Below, in pieces: positions 50,861 through 63,756 of a stretch of DNA of 64,000 bases (the stretch's first letter is position 1; the number at the start of each line of letters is the position of its first letter). The translations under genes and the position numbers were made by a program. The notes under the pieces are model-generated. The model searched no databases, was not told the origin of the DNA, and saw only the letters and a program-made list of their open reading frames with translations. The stretch covers positions 78,120,001 to 78,184,000 of the forward strand of contig JBNRSN020000026.1 in the NCBI GenBank assembly GCA_051313645.2, given 5' to 3'. Origin of the DNA: Centroscyllium fabricii. Its lineage: Eukaryota.

Positions 50861-53800
50861 TATTCTATCATACGGGCAGTAATTGCCGTGTCTGGTTAAG
50901 GCTGTGTTATATATTTTGCTTGACACAACTAATTAAGGATCACGAATAGATTAACTTTTCAAATAAGCCTAAATAGGAGAAAACGATGCTGCACATTACA
51001 ATCACAGATTTTGAAACGATGAGCGCTATTACATAAATTTATGTAAACGTGTTTTGGGGGGTACGGGTACAAATGAATACAGTAGTCCGATGCCGAATAA
51101 CATTCCAGTCAATTCCTCTTGTTTGTTCTGAAGTATAATTACCAAATCCTTGCATTTACTTGTATAATTGTGTTGTTTAAAAGCCCAATGTTGAAACAGG
51201 ATTGATAGTTGCAGGTTTTTTTAAATGCAACCTTGATTTCGAAACGTTCTTGTTTCCAGGGGACTTAAAATGGAGCCAATCAGTTTGTCACACAGAACAG
51301 AGGTCCTTTCAACCTGCAACGCGAATAAGGGGAACCTCGCCAAATGTACTCGTGTTTCAGGTCGCCGGCCGCATTTCTTAGCTGGTGGAATAAAAGGCTT
51401 TGTCTAAATGAACTGCGGAAGTATCATCCGCTGCCTGTTCCCTAACCCGTTGTTCTCAGGGGCTATGAGGCGGTTCCGCCTGCGGTCTGGTCCAAGCTAA
51501 CAAGTATCCCAAAGCTAAACATTAAAATCTCACCAGCCCGCAGAACACAACTTGAACCGACACAAGTTAGTCTAACTATTGTCAAACATTCCTTCAAGAT
51601 CAAAACTAAGCCTTTAGGTCACTGCGCACGGGACTGATTGTACACACTGCCCATGGTAACTATAAAGATTAAAAACAGGACGCATAAAAGGTGCAGGATA
51701 TATCACAAGTCTTTAAAAATACGCTCATTTATTAAAAGGGCAAGGCATGGCATTAAACCAAAAATATGAGAGGCGATAAATGTGATGACATATTATTAAC
51801 TGGTTATGTTACACGTTGGCGTGTGTATTAAACGGGACTCCGTCCAAATATAAGTATCCAATTTTGCAGGAGTTTCTGTTACAGACGACCATCACCCACT
51901 GGAAATGCGTTACAGCAGAAAAACTGGCTTGCCTCCTTTAGTAATTGTACCTGCTATATTATTGCTTATTGCACAGAATAAATATTTTGGAGCCTTGTTG
52001 TGCAACGGAGATTCTGAAACTGGCTCGTAATATAATGAAGAAAAGTGGCGTCTTTTGGAAGATGTCTTGCAATATCTTTAAATAATTTTCTCCTACAGGG
52101 CATTCCATTAGCTGTGCAAGGCCCCGGGGCGTTTCTGACAGATGAGATACGGCGCTATATAAATTATTGCTGATATGTTGCATTTTTGCTGTAATAATTG
52201 ACGAATTAAATCCAATTCGAAGAATCCTTTACTCACTATCGCAATTTGCTAATTGCCTAATTGATCAATCCAATTACATTAATGTTCCATTTAAGACCAA
52301 GTACAACTAATTCATGTAATAATATTGAAACAATTGCCAAATACTACCAATAATATTACAACCTATATGAAAACGTATTAAGTTAAACAGCAACTAAATG
52401 TGTTTTTCAAACGAGAATTTATCCTGAGAAAAGTCTTAAAAGATATCTAGGAGATAAGCATCTGTCACCGGTATAATATTATCTGTGCTTTATTTTTTTA
52501 AAGTAACTTCTTTACATTTACTCTGCCTTCACTAAAATCCCTCCAACTCTTTTAACAGTAGAGATGGCATTTATCCGCTCCGAATAGATCCGAGGGAGTG
52601 TGTCAAAAAAAGTTTTAATTGTCTGCAAGGATTGTTCATTTAATAATTGAAACAAGAAATTCCAAAGCAACTGCACACCAATCATCAAGATAACACGTCT
52701 TCGTCTTAGAGCAAAAAGAAATCCGCGATAATAATGGCACAACATTCCACCAAGGCATGCTCTGAACAGTTAAAAATAGAAGTGAAAAGTGATGTTACTG
52801 AATGTTCAGACTGTTACTATAACTGCACCTACAGGACATTACCTCCCAGATGAGCAGATTATTCAATAACATTTAAACTCATACCTACAAACGGAATCCA
52901 CACAATGCGGACATGTTTTATATCTGTCTGTGCTTCAAGCTAGCACCTTTCAAAGGTTAGCCCAGATTTTTTTTTAAAATCTGTTAATGTATTTAAATCA
53001 AAACAGCGTGTTTTACTATATCAGTGATCTAGAAACATCAGTAGGGTGGTTTAATAGGAAATATATCGTAACTTGTTAGTCCATATAATCTAAAAGGTTG
53101 TTATATATTTATGAACACGCATGCTGCATTTTTAGCTTGTTTTTCTTGTTAATGAGAGCAACGGATGCACTGTGGGAACGTATTCGTTCATAGAGTGAGT
53201 GTCGCATTTATCAGAATTTCTACCGGTCAATATCCCGCTGTTATTAATGTGAATTATTAATGCTTTTATATATCTGTCATATGGACAAGTCTATCTTTAT
53301 ATGTGCTAACTACTGACCAATGATGTTTTTTGTTGTGGCAACTTTTTTTTTTTTTAATTATTTTTTTACTCCTTATTTACACAATCCTTAAACACAGCCA
53401 TACAGGGACAACAACGGCAGAGGTGACCTATAGGTATACATTTAAAAAAAAAACCGTCTGGGGCTTTAAAGCTCAGGGTCAGAACAGTATGAACTTGCAC
53501 TAAAGACCAAAGGAATCAAAACTTCAGGTAAAAAAATTCCTAACAATATATTCTTTCTTAATTGTCAGGTTCCCAGAAATTAAGCATTTGTTTCAAACGG
53601 CCATTAACCATTTGTGGGGACAAAAAAGGTTCATGGAGTTGCCACACGAGCGTCGATGAAGTTTTATATAAATAGCCGCTGTACTACAACACACAAGCAC
53701 TACAAGATGCAAGAGCATAGGTTAAGTTATTTGTGGGACAACAATTGTTCACTTACCCGACAACAAGATAAGGTCCCCACTCAAGATAACAAAGAGGGTT

Positions 53801-54399
53801 TGTTTAAAATGAGGGGAGGCAGCAGGACAAGAAACAGCCACCGATTGCAGGCCCTGCCCATTGCAACACCCCATCTGTGAATGAAGCATGTATAAACAGA
53901 ACTTAAATAAATAGGAACTCTAAATCCTTTGAATGTATGTGCAGGATGGGCCGAATTACCTCCTTGGGTGTGACAATTTCTGTCATGTTTGATACAATGC
54001 ATCTACAACGTGTGGTTGGAGTCAACTTTCTAAACTGCACGTGCATTTTGTGAAAATATATCTTCAAATACATCTCTGCACTTAAGGACTGGTATACTTT
54101 AATCTCTTTCTCTGCAGTTTTTATGAGCTAAACAGGCATATCGCGCATATTTCACATATCGCGCACACACAATTTTCAAATGTGCCAATTTCAATGCATA
54201 TCTAAATGTCCACCGACCTCACAGCAAAGCCGCAGCCTATTAGGTGTCAAGTTCAAGGTCAGAGTGTTCAGCCTGTTCCTCAGCCTGTTTGTACAATTTG
54301 ATTGGAGCATTGCACAACATGACGCATTCGCGTTTTCGAATGTAAGTGACCAGGGGTGCCCCTTTCTAGCGCTTTGTTTAGCGTTTCTTTCTGCCCGTG

Positions 54400-54650
54400 T
54401 GTGTCTCTAGCTCTCTTCCTCTGTCTTCGTTTCTCTGTCTCTATCTGTCCGTGTGTCTGCCCGTCTGTCGCTGTCTGACTGTCTCTGCCTCGGTCTCTCT
54501 CCGTCTGTGCACCGCCCCCCCCCCCCCACCCCCCAACACAGCGCCCCCACCCCTGTCTGACAGTCTCTGTTTGTCCTTCTATTTCTATCTCGCTCTGTCT
54601 TTGTCGTTCTGTCTCTATCTCTGCCTTTCTCTCCTTACCTCTAGCTTTTC
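54400..54650. repeat. CT/GT-rich low-complexity tract with poly(C)
   Basis: Direct reading. Confidence 0.8.
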
Positions 54651-57600
54651 AGTTTCCCCAGTATTACAATGAGCCATTTGTGGCTTAAATAAACGTCTTT
54701 CGAATATTCACCGGTTTGATGCGATTAGATAGATGAAAATCATTTTATTTTTAATTCTGCAATGGACATTGTAGAGTTGAGTGATACAACCCTGAAATAT
54801 TTCATTACACTCTGTATTATTTGAATAAACTCGAAATTAAGCACTTGTGGACATTTTAATAACTGCGTATGACCTTTATTACATTACTCCTAAGGTTGTT
54901 TCCGGATAGAAGCCCTATTGAGCATTTGCCTTTTTTCATTTTTGCTACTTTGAACTGTTGGACTGGACAAGTTTATACCTCCATTGACGAGCAAGGAAGC
55001 GAGGCATTCAGTTTGCAGTGACATGCAGTTTAAGAAACTCACTTATAAATAATAACATATAACTTTGGCCCTTGTCCCCCCCCCCCCCCCCTCTCCCCGT
55101 TCCAAAAGTAAATGATACCAGCATGCCCAGATCGTGGAAAATCATTCAATATATTGTTATCCTGAATGTTCCTTATATTTATTTATGGAGTTGCATTAGA
55201 TCAAAACATATCACAGTGAATAGAGAACAATAGAATTTCATATTAATTATATCACGCAAACTTTCAAAAGAGCTATAGATCCGAATAGAAAGTTACAGAG
55301 AAAAACTGAAGTGGATTATTTCTGATGAAGGGTCTACACTGCAGCCGAAAAGTTAACCTTTTTCTTTTCATATGCTGAGTGGCTTGCTGTGCATTTCGAG
55401 CATTTGATTTTAGTTCACACTAACAGCATTCTTATTCATTGTTATTCCCAATTTGGGTCATACATAGTACATGTTCTCTTGCACGAATTGACTTGTGTAT
55501 CAGTATATTTGCTCCGAATGTATTGTGCCGGAGAATTTGAGATTATAAATATTTCCTCGGCGGCTTCGACGACCAAGAGACAGTTAAGAGGAGCAAGTGG
55601 ACCATGATGCTCGACCCATTGCTTTTATTCGCTGTGATATGAGAGCGGGCGTTGCCATTTTCAGTCTGGAGTACCGGGTAATCGATATTTGAACAATTTG
55701 CTTGATTGGCCGCATAAATCGTTATTGACGAAAATTCGATGTCGAAGCGAATTTACACGTAATCCATTTAATTGCTGGAGTAACAATATTCGCGATCATC
55801 CTGTTCCGCATCTAAATGAGATGGGGTGGGGGAGGGGGAAGGTGGCATTGATCATGGATGTCTTGGCGCAATGTCTCCATTCGAAGGTGGGTCACAGAAG
55901 ACGTGTCGGGTTCAAGAATTCGGCCATGAATGGTTGAATGGTAAAATGTGGGGCTTAGTTACCCCCCCCCCCCCCCACCCACACACACACACAATTAATA
56001 ACTTTTTGTTAAGTCTACTCAGTCGGTTTGGCGATATTTCTACTTCATCGTTAAGTTAATTCAGATTTTTCAACCAGCAGTCGGTTAAAATGCGGTATGA
56101 TTGTAAAAACAAAAAACAAATTGCTAAAATGTGCGGTGGCAGCAACTTGTTAAAAGCATTTTGACCACTTCTTTTTGAAAAAAAAGTTTTATTTGTGAAA
56201 GTGTTTTCAAAAAAACATATCACAGAAATAGCAATCCAAACACAATGCGCAAAACACAGGCAGTGAATGAGACTTGGGAAACGTTAAAACTAAGGAGAAA
56301 TTCCTCTTTTTGAGTTATTCGATTTTCATTTTGATTTTGACTGGCGCTACACAAACGATGACATTTGAATTCAAAGGTGATTGGGCATTATCTTAATTGT
56401 ATTAATAAGGACACAATCATTGGCACTGCATAGAAAACACAACGCACTGGATAAATAAATACAGGGGCTGTTAACATTGTTTTGGGAACTATATGACAGA
56501 TTATTATATCTTTAAAATGGCACTTTTGCAGTATAATGTCCAAAATTAATTATTACATGTTCATAAGCAGCTGATCGCGTGGAAAGGTCTGGGAAGTGCT
56601 TCACACAACGAGCCGGGTTAATGGTTGTCATGTTGATAACAGTAGAATGTGCTAACTAGCTATACTGGGGAGGAATGCCTCTACCCTAAGGACTTGGCAT
56701 GCAGCCATTCCCATACCTACAGATGGTTTCGATGGGAAAACATGCGCCACAACCTTTGCACACAGTGACCGAGATCTACTGCTCACCGGGAATATCAATG
56801 AAGACTATCGCCCCGTTTCCAAACTATCCAGTTCATAATTTCGCATCAATTTCTCTCTTTAAAAAAAAATAATTCAAACGTTTTTTATCAAAGCACCTCA
56901 AATAACGCACGTTTGACAGTGTAAAATTCAATATATAGGGGGGGGGGGGGGACCGCAGCTACACCGTAAACACACACAAGTCATAAACCGCGATCAGTGA
57001 ATGAAGCGGAGACCAGCAAGGGCGAATCCTGATAAAGCAAACGGGCCGCAGTCTGGTGAGAATGGCTCTTCCCAGCTGTGCTTCCCTCGCTGGTACTTTT
57101 TCTCGGACACTAGGTAACTCGCTCGTCTTGATCTTAATTTCTTAAAACGATGCATTTCGCCACCATCAGGTATGGAGCGTTTATGTGACCTTCACTCAAC
57201 ACTCTCACACCCTCCCTCCACCAATCCCCGCTAAAGGTACCAGTCAAAGCAATATGTATAATAGCAAAATATTGCAGATGCTGGAAATCTGAAATAACAA
57301 CAGAAAATGCTGGAAATACTCAGCAGGCCAATGGAATACAAACCTGGCGAAAAAAAATGTAAAACCCCTTTCATGTAATGCCTGTAATATTATACAACTG
57401 GGCGTCCGTCGACATGTGACAAGTGTGCATGTGTGAATTTCAAAACAGACATTAAAGTGTTTAAAAGTATAAAAACAATCAAGTTACTCGAAATACCCCT
57501 TGCTCCACGCCGATCTGTGTTGTCGCTTCTTTGGGTCATGTACAATGTTGGGTCTGTGGGCCGCTCCTTAGTGAACAAATTATTTCATATAAATAACACA

Positions 57601-60502
57601 TATTGAAGTTTGCTGTGCAAATAAAATATTTTAAAACAAATCAACCAATGAATAATCAGGGAGATTTTGCCAGTAATTGTATTGGCATTTTAATCATTTA
57701 CTCTGATTCCTCGACTCCCCCTTGTAATTTGCATATATCTACATGCTTTGGGGAGAAATAAACTAAGCATTGGGCAACTTTAGTATGGGGCACAGCACGA
57801 GATCCTGCACCTCGAAACAAATCAGGGTCCAGTGAACGGTAAACACGGTGCTCATACTCGGGTTGTGGTCTTTGTTTGTGATTGAAGCTTTCAAAAACTG
57901 GATGTGTACACAAAACCAAACCTGCACACACAACAGAAAGTAAAAAATAAATAAAGGTTTATTTAAAACGTCTTTACTATCCAAGAATATGATCTCAAGT
58001 AGTGATTGACCAATGCTTTTTCTACATTGTGTTAGCATTAGGTCGGGATACCTGAAACCTGCACTGAATTATATTTCAGACTACGAGCTTTACCGCGGTT
58101 CTGATATTTTGTTAGGTTAACGCGGTTTGAAACAAAACTAGAATTGTAATAAGCTAAAGCCAAAATATTATATACGTGAACAAACCAGTTTTTTTTTTTG
58201 CATTTTCTTAAGAAAACATGTGCAAATGGAGGTTTTATTTGCCTAATGTCAGATTGTTTAGGAAGCAGATGTTGAACTGCGAAAGCCCAGTACAAAGTAC
58301 AAAAGGACGTTCTATGAAATTACTTGGAACCTCTTCGAAACCAGTTTTTCTTTAAATTAATGGGTCTCACACCGTCTTGTGAACCCCGCTGCCTGAGGAA
58401 TATTGGCTTCCGAATGTTGTTCCCAACGAATAAAAGAAGCGGTGAAGCGAGCAGGGGTTTTGTTTTGATGGGACTCAGACGGGAAGGAAAAGCCCTTGAA
58501 TGACAAGCTCTCGGGGCGGCTAGACTCTTAACTTTCACCTTGACCTTGGCCTTCAGCCGTGTCTAACCCGTATGTAAAAAAGCCCAGTCTCCTTTAATTG
58601 CTTGTGTCTTGTCTTCTGCCGAAACTCCCCCCACCCAACCCCCTCACCCCCCTCCAGCCCAGGCCCATCTCTGTTTACACGGAACCTTTACTCACAACAC
58701 TGACTCAAGACTGCGATTTTATAAAAATGGAAATGCTGCCCTTTACACATCGGCAGAGGCATTTCAGTGTAAATAAGTGTCTTATATTGATAGATAATTG
58801 AACAAGAAAAAAGCAGTACAAAAGAAACATAATATTTCAAAATGATGGAAAGCGTGTGGTGAACATCTATTTTTATTTTTAAAAGATATTCCGCCTCAGT
58901 CAAATCGGACTTTCAAAATGACCTTGAATTTTCAAATATTAATATTATGCTGTTATATTTTGAAGTCTGACAAAGATTTAATTGCGGTTGAATAGCAGGA
59001 CTGCTTTGGTGTAGACTCCAAACTTCCTATCACCCCACACCTTCCAATCTATTGTGAAGTTTGGTGCAATGTTAGAAAATAGACGAAGACCTCTGCGGTT
59101 GGTCACATATAAAAACTTTAACACATCACTTGTGTGTTGTTTAATATTTTAAAACATTGTTTGCACAATCAGCAAAATGTTTTCTCTTGTTTTGATTTTT
59201 AATAAACAAAAACAGAGAAGATAAATCACCATCTACAGAAGTTATCTTAAAACAGACAGATGTAGCAATTGGAAAAATGCTGCACGGAATATAACTTGCT
59301 GTAGGTTTCCTGATATGTTTCCGGTATGCATTATTTATTTGTAAATATATTTGAAGTATCGTGCTACTTTCTTCCCATTTCTACTTTATAGTGCTATAAG
59401 TTTCTCTGCACACAATTAACTTTATTTGAATTGTCTTAATGGAAAGCTCATTTGGCAGACCGACAATGATCGTGATGAATAGCAGAATCTCATAGCCGTA
59501 GTTAAACGTTGTTCAAACAAATTGGAAATATAATATATTTTTTTAAGTGTTTTGTCTTCTGGCGACTTTAGATAAAAAGGGAAGAATTTGAATATCTGGC
59601 GCCTCATCGCGTCTCAGGACGTCCCACAGACCCTTGGATTCTATTTCAGTGAATTGAAATTAAAAATCTTATCTCTTAGTGATCTAACATTTATTGGCCC
59701 GTCTGTTTGTTCGCATTTAATTGACAGAAAAATAACATTTTGCAATTAATTACTCTATTAAAAAAGTATAAATTAACACTGAGTTTCTGACCATCATCCT
59801 GTATTAGGTGTTTTTCTTCGTTCTGTTAACAGTGTAAATACCACAAAATGTAACAAAGGCCGTTGATAAAGCCGCTTTTTTATTTTCAGAAGTTAGTTTG
59901 CAAATTACGACATAATTTAAACATTGCTTTAAACCTGCTTTAAAAAAAAGAAATCGCAGCATGGTCGACCTGTTATATTTTCAATGCCGGTAATGATTTA
60001 CAGATGAATAATACAGTTTTGCTGCAGTTTCTAATATTGCCACATCATTCTCAATCATGTTACTTCCACAATGACCATTCAGACAGGAATTTAAAAAACC
60101 TTTTCGCTCTTGTCTCTGCGCTTGAATGGACTCTGTAATAACACAGCGTTGGAGGGTTTTTAAATCATGGAGATATTTGTGCCCGTGAATGGCGAGTGGT
60201 TAGTCTGGTGTTTTATTAATATGATCCTGTACGTTCATGCGGCCTTAAAATCAGCCAGTATCAAACCACTCTTAATTGACAGCATTGGCCATACTTGACA
60301 AACAACAACAACTTGCATTTATATAGCGCCTTTAACGCAGGAAAACCTCCCCCCCCCCCCTCCCCAACCCGCCTCACACGTGCCGTTGAACTAGTCTGTA
60401 GCCTGACGCAGAGGGGCAGGGATTCCAAGTCTAGACTTTAATCCCTGTGAACTTGCAATCTGCATTTCACATATTTTAAAACTTCAATAACTCCAAAAAA
60501 TG

Positions 60503-60670
60503 CCATGATGTCGAGGTGCCGGTGTTGGACTGGGGTGGACAAATGCAAGAAGTCACACAACACCAGGTTATAGTCCAACAGTTTTATTTGAAATCACTCC
60601 GAAAGCTTGTGATTTAAAATAAAACTGTTGGACTATAATCTGGTGTTGTGTGACTTCTTCCATTTGTCCA
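60503..60670. mobile_element. Penelope family A inverted-repeat insertion
   Basis: Arms 60536-60597 and 60609-60670; exact 12-bp direct repeat tccaaaaaatgc at 60492 and 60667. Confidence 0.88.
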
Positions 60671-62239
60671 AAAAATGCGAGTTTCTAATCAATACTGAGC
60701 CAAATAAAAATGAACCGAACGGGGAAAGTCTGGATTCCCGAGGTTAAGTGAGGAAGAGGCATAAGGTTGGAATTTAGATTCATTCCATTATGAAATAAAA
60801 CGCCAAATTTGAACATTAAACCGGAGCGTAAAATCGGAATTAATCTTTATTATATTTGGGTGAATAATTACTAGTAAGATCCTATTTTTAAACATTTACA
60901 ATAAGAGCTACCGCAAACTTAATGCGATTTTTTTTTGTAGAACGATATCAAAACGGGATATAAATCTCTGTCAATTACAAAGACTTTAATGAGTGAGACT
61001 GATTTGCAGACAATTATATGGAAAACTGCATGGTGTAACCGGAGGTATAAAGAACACGCGGTGCTGACAATGAAGTTCCAGGGTGTAGAATGCACTTTTT
61101 CCCCACTGACTGTAATTTATCATAAATGGCAGTTCGCATATGAAAAGTGAATGCCCACACGAGGAGAGCAATGTGGTAATGCCACTTTGATTTATACTAT
61201 TAGATTTGGTTTATAAGCCCGATAGCGTACGGTTAACGTAAAGTCGTTTGGGAGCATTTTATATCGAATTAATTTTGTATTATTATGATTTATTTTATTT
61301 GGACATTACATATCCAAGGATGTGTGAGAATGGGACACTCTGCTGTGTTTTTGAGCGGGTGCCTATCTACCTGTGAGTGTGTGCATGCGTTTTATTAACA
61401 CGCTGTACATTTAAATGGGAGGAGAATGTTTGCAGAAATGTAAATGGTTGCACACACACTCACATTTCATCTAAATGTATAGGTTCTAAGTATAGAAAGG
61501 ATAATTGGTCATTGGGATTTTAACTTTTAATAACTATTATTTTTCAAATGGTTGTTAAGAGTTGGTGACCTGACCAGATTGTAGCCAAGCAAACACTCTC
61601 ACAGCAGTTGCAAAATACAACTCGAGTACTTGGCAGTGAAATAATGCCAGCCAAGAGATCAGTAAAAGCAAGAAATGCTGACACCAGCAACTCGCTTCCC
61701 TCCACACTTCACTTGGGGGAACTTCAGGTTATAAAGTGGTTTAATTTGAAGTTTAAAAAAAACCCACGCACAAGTCTGCTCGCGGATTTAGTTCTAACGC
61801 AAATGACTTGCCAAAGAAAAACCTTGAACGCTCAACGCACAGCAAATACTGATGGGCAGGCCGATCATAATCTTAAGAGTTCTTGCACACTGAAAGGAAA
61901 TGTGAACGCCGGATGGATTTATGCTGAATGTTGAAAAAGAAAAAATCCATCCCTGTAAATTTAATCAGATAAATCATCAATTATACAACAGATAGTATCC
62001 AGATGGTGAAAACAACTTTATTTCGTGCATGTGTTCAAAATTTATATTATTTTGCTCTATTATACAAGTATGTAGTTTGTTTAATGTGTAGTTTGACTTT
62101 TGTGCAATGCAACTCCCTCGCTTTCTATTAAGCATGCAAAAATTAAAGACCTTTTGAACGCGTGCCTTTCATATTTTCTATTTCGCAATTAATCTTTTTC
62201 TTTCCTGCCAGTTCTGCAGGAAGGTTTATTATCTGTGTT

Positions 62240-62365
62240 AGCACAGCACGTGATCCGTGGGCAGCCAATGGGCGTGCGTGTTTTTTTAACCCGGGTGAGT
62301 GCGTCAGTGCAGTAAGCTGGGAGAAATTCTCTGTCGCTCTCACTGCTGCGTCTCTTAAAAGAAAC
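62240..62365 (+). promoter_or_regulatory. Candidate HoxB13 proximal promoter
   Basis: E-box CACGTG 62247-62252, CCAAT 62265-62269, AT-rich cttaaaa ~62354, at the start of the CpG-rich zone; motif evidence only. Confidence 0.5.
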
Positions 62366-62389
62366 TGTAGACCCAATGCTCAACGTGAT

Positions 62390-63065
62390 ATGACAGTGTC
62401 ACTGCTTCTCAAACCGCGCTGGGTCGACACTGTAATGTTCCTGTATGAAAACAACTCGGATGAGATTAATAAGAATAGCGGGGCAATGGAAGGATTTGTT
62501 GGTGCTGGGAATTTCTCTGCGAATCAGTGCAGGAATTTAATGGCTCATTCTGCGCTCGGGGCGCATCCTTCACCTTTGGTTCACGGCGCTGGCTACTCAA
62601 CAGTCGACGTCTCCGGCTCTGGGGTGGTGGAGCCCGGCAAACAATGCACCCCATGCCCGGTGCCCCAGGCCTCCACCGCCGCTCCTTTACCATACGGATA
62701 TTTCGGAAGCGGGTACTATTCCTGTCGAATGGGGCGAAGTTCCATCAAGCCTTGCGCCCAGCCAGCCGCCCTATCCAGTTACCCAGGAGACAAATACATG
62801 GACAGTCCGGTCCCCACCGATGAATACCCGGGGCGGCCTAAGGAATTCGCCTTTTACCACGGCTATGCGAGCCCCTACCAGCCAATGCCAAGTTATCTAG
62901 ATGTGTCTGTAGTGCAAACTATCAGTGGCGCGGGAGAGCCGAGGCACGAAGCCTTGTTACCTATGGACGGCTACCAGCCCTGGGCCCTCAATGGCTGGAA
63001 CAGCCAGATGTACTGTTCTAAGGAGCAAGCGCAGCCCGGCCACCTCTGGAAATCTACACTCGCAG
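62390..63065 (+). CDS. hoxb13: Homeobox protein Hox-B13, exon 1
   Basis: [18 protein letters not shown] start typical of Hox13; [61 protein letters not shown]; donor G|GTAAC at 63065/63066. Confidence 0.95.
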
Positions 63066-63508
63066 GTAACAAGTGACCTTTGCATTCCTCCCTAGAAGGA
63101 TAAGCATCTAAAAATAATTGCATGTTTAATTATATTGGAAACATAATGACCTTATGGATCTGAAAGATAATGATTTATTTCTGACAATATGCCGATATGT
63201 AGAACAGGATTGAAAATTGTCCAGTTTGATTTTACATTCCCGATGCAAGGAGCTCAGTTGGAATATTATTCGAAATTTTGTGTTGTGATTTATTTATAAT
63301 CCTTGGAATATTATTATACACGTTACAGCATTAACCAGTAGTGTTTGATACATCAGTTAATTTAAATGTGTTCCTTTTGGATACTGACAATGATTGATTA
63401 TGAGCGTGTTGGTTAATTTATTTTTCAACATTATTTTCTAATGTTAAATTTTTCTGATGTGCTTGTCTTGTGTGTTTTTGGCGGGGTGTGCCTGGCTACA
63501 CACAGCAG

Positions 63509-63756
63509 ATGTTGCAGCGCACCAACAGGATGGCAGTTCCTTTCGGCGAGGAAGGAAGAAGAGGATCCCTTATACCAAAGTCCAACTCAAAGAACTGGAG
63601 AGGGAATATGCAACAAATAAATTCATCACGAAAGACAAGAGAAGGAAGATCTCGGCGGCTACGAACCTGAGCGAACGGCAGATCACCATCTGGTTTCAAA
63701 ACAGGAGAGTCAAGGAGAAGAAAGTCATTGCGAAAGTAAAAACCAACACACCTTAA
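63509..63756 (+). CDS. hoxb13: Homeobox protein Hox-B13, exon 2 (homeodomain)
   Basis: [66 protein letters not shown]; RIPY, RRKISA, RQITIW and AKVK match paralogue B rather than A/C/D13; phase-1 splice fits; alternative acceptor at 63506. Confidence 0.95.

Noticed and set aside
52095-52175. FLTDEIRRYI resembling Hox14 FLTPEIR
   Set aside because: Better explained as a decayed L2/Deu-SINE tail (ggcgctatataaat)
61695-61742. LPSTLHLGELQVIKWF resembling homeodomain helix 3
   Set aside because: Lacks the invariant Asn and helix 1; short match
62162-62389. 76-codon extension upstream of HoxB13 in the ORF track
   Set aside because: Starts at GTG and spans promoter-like motifs; homology begins at ATG 62390
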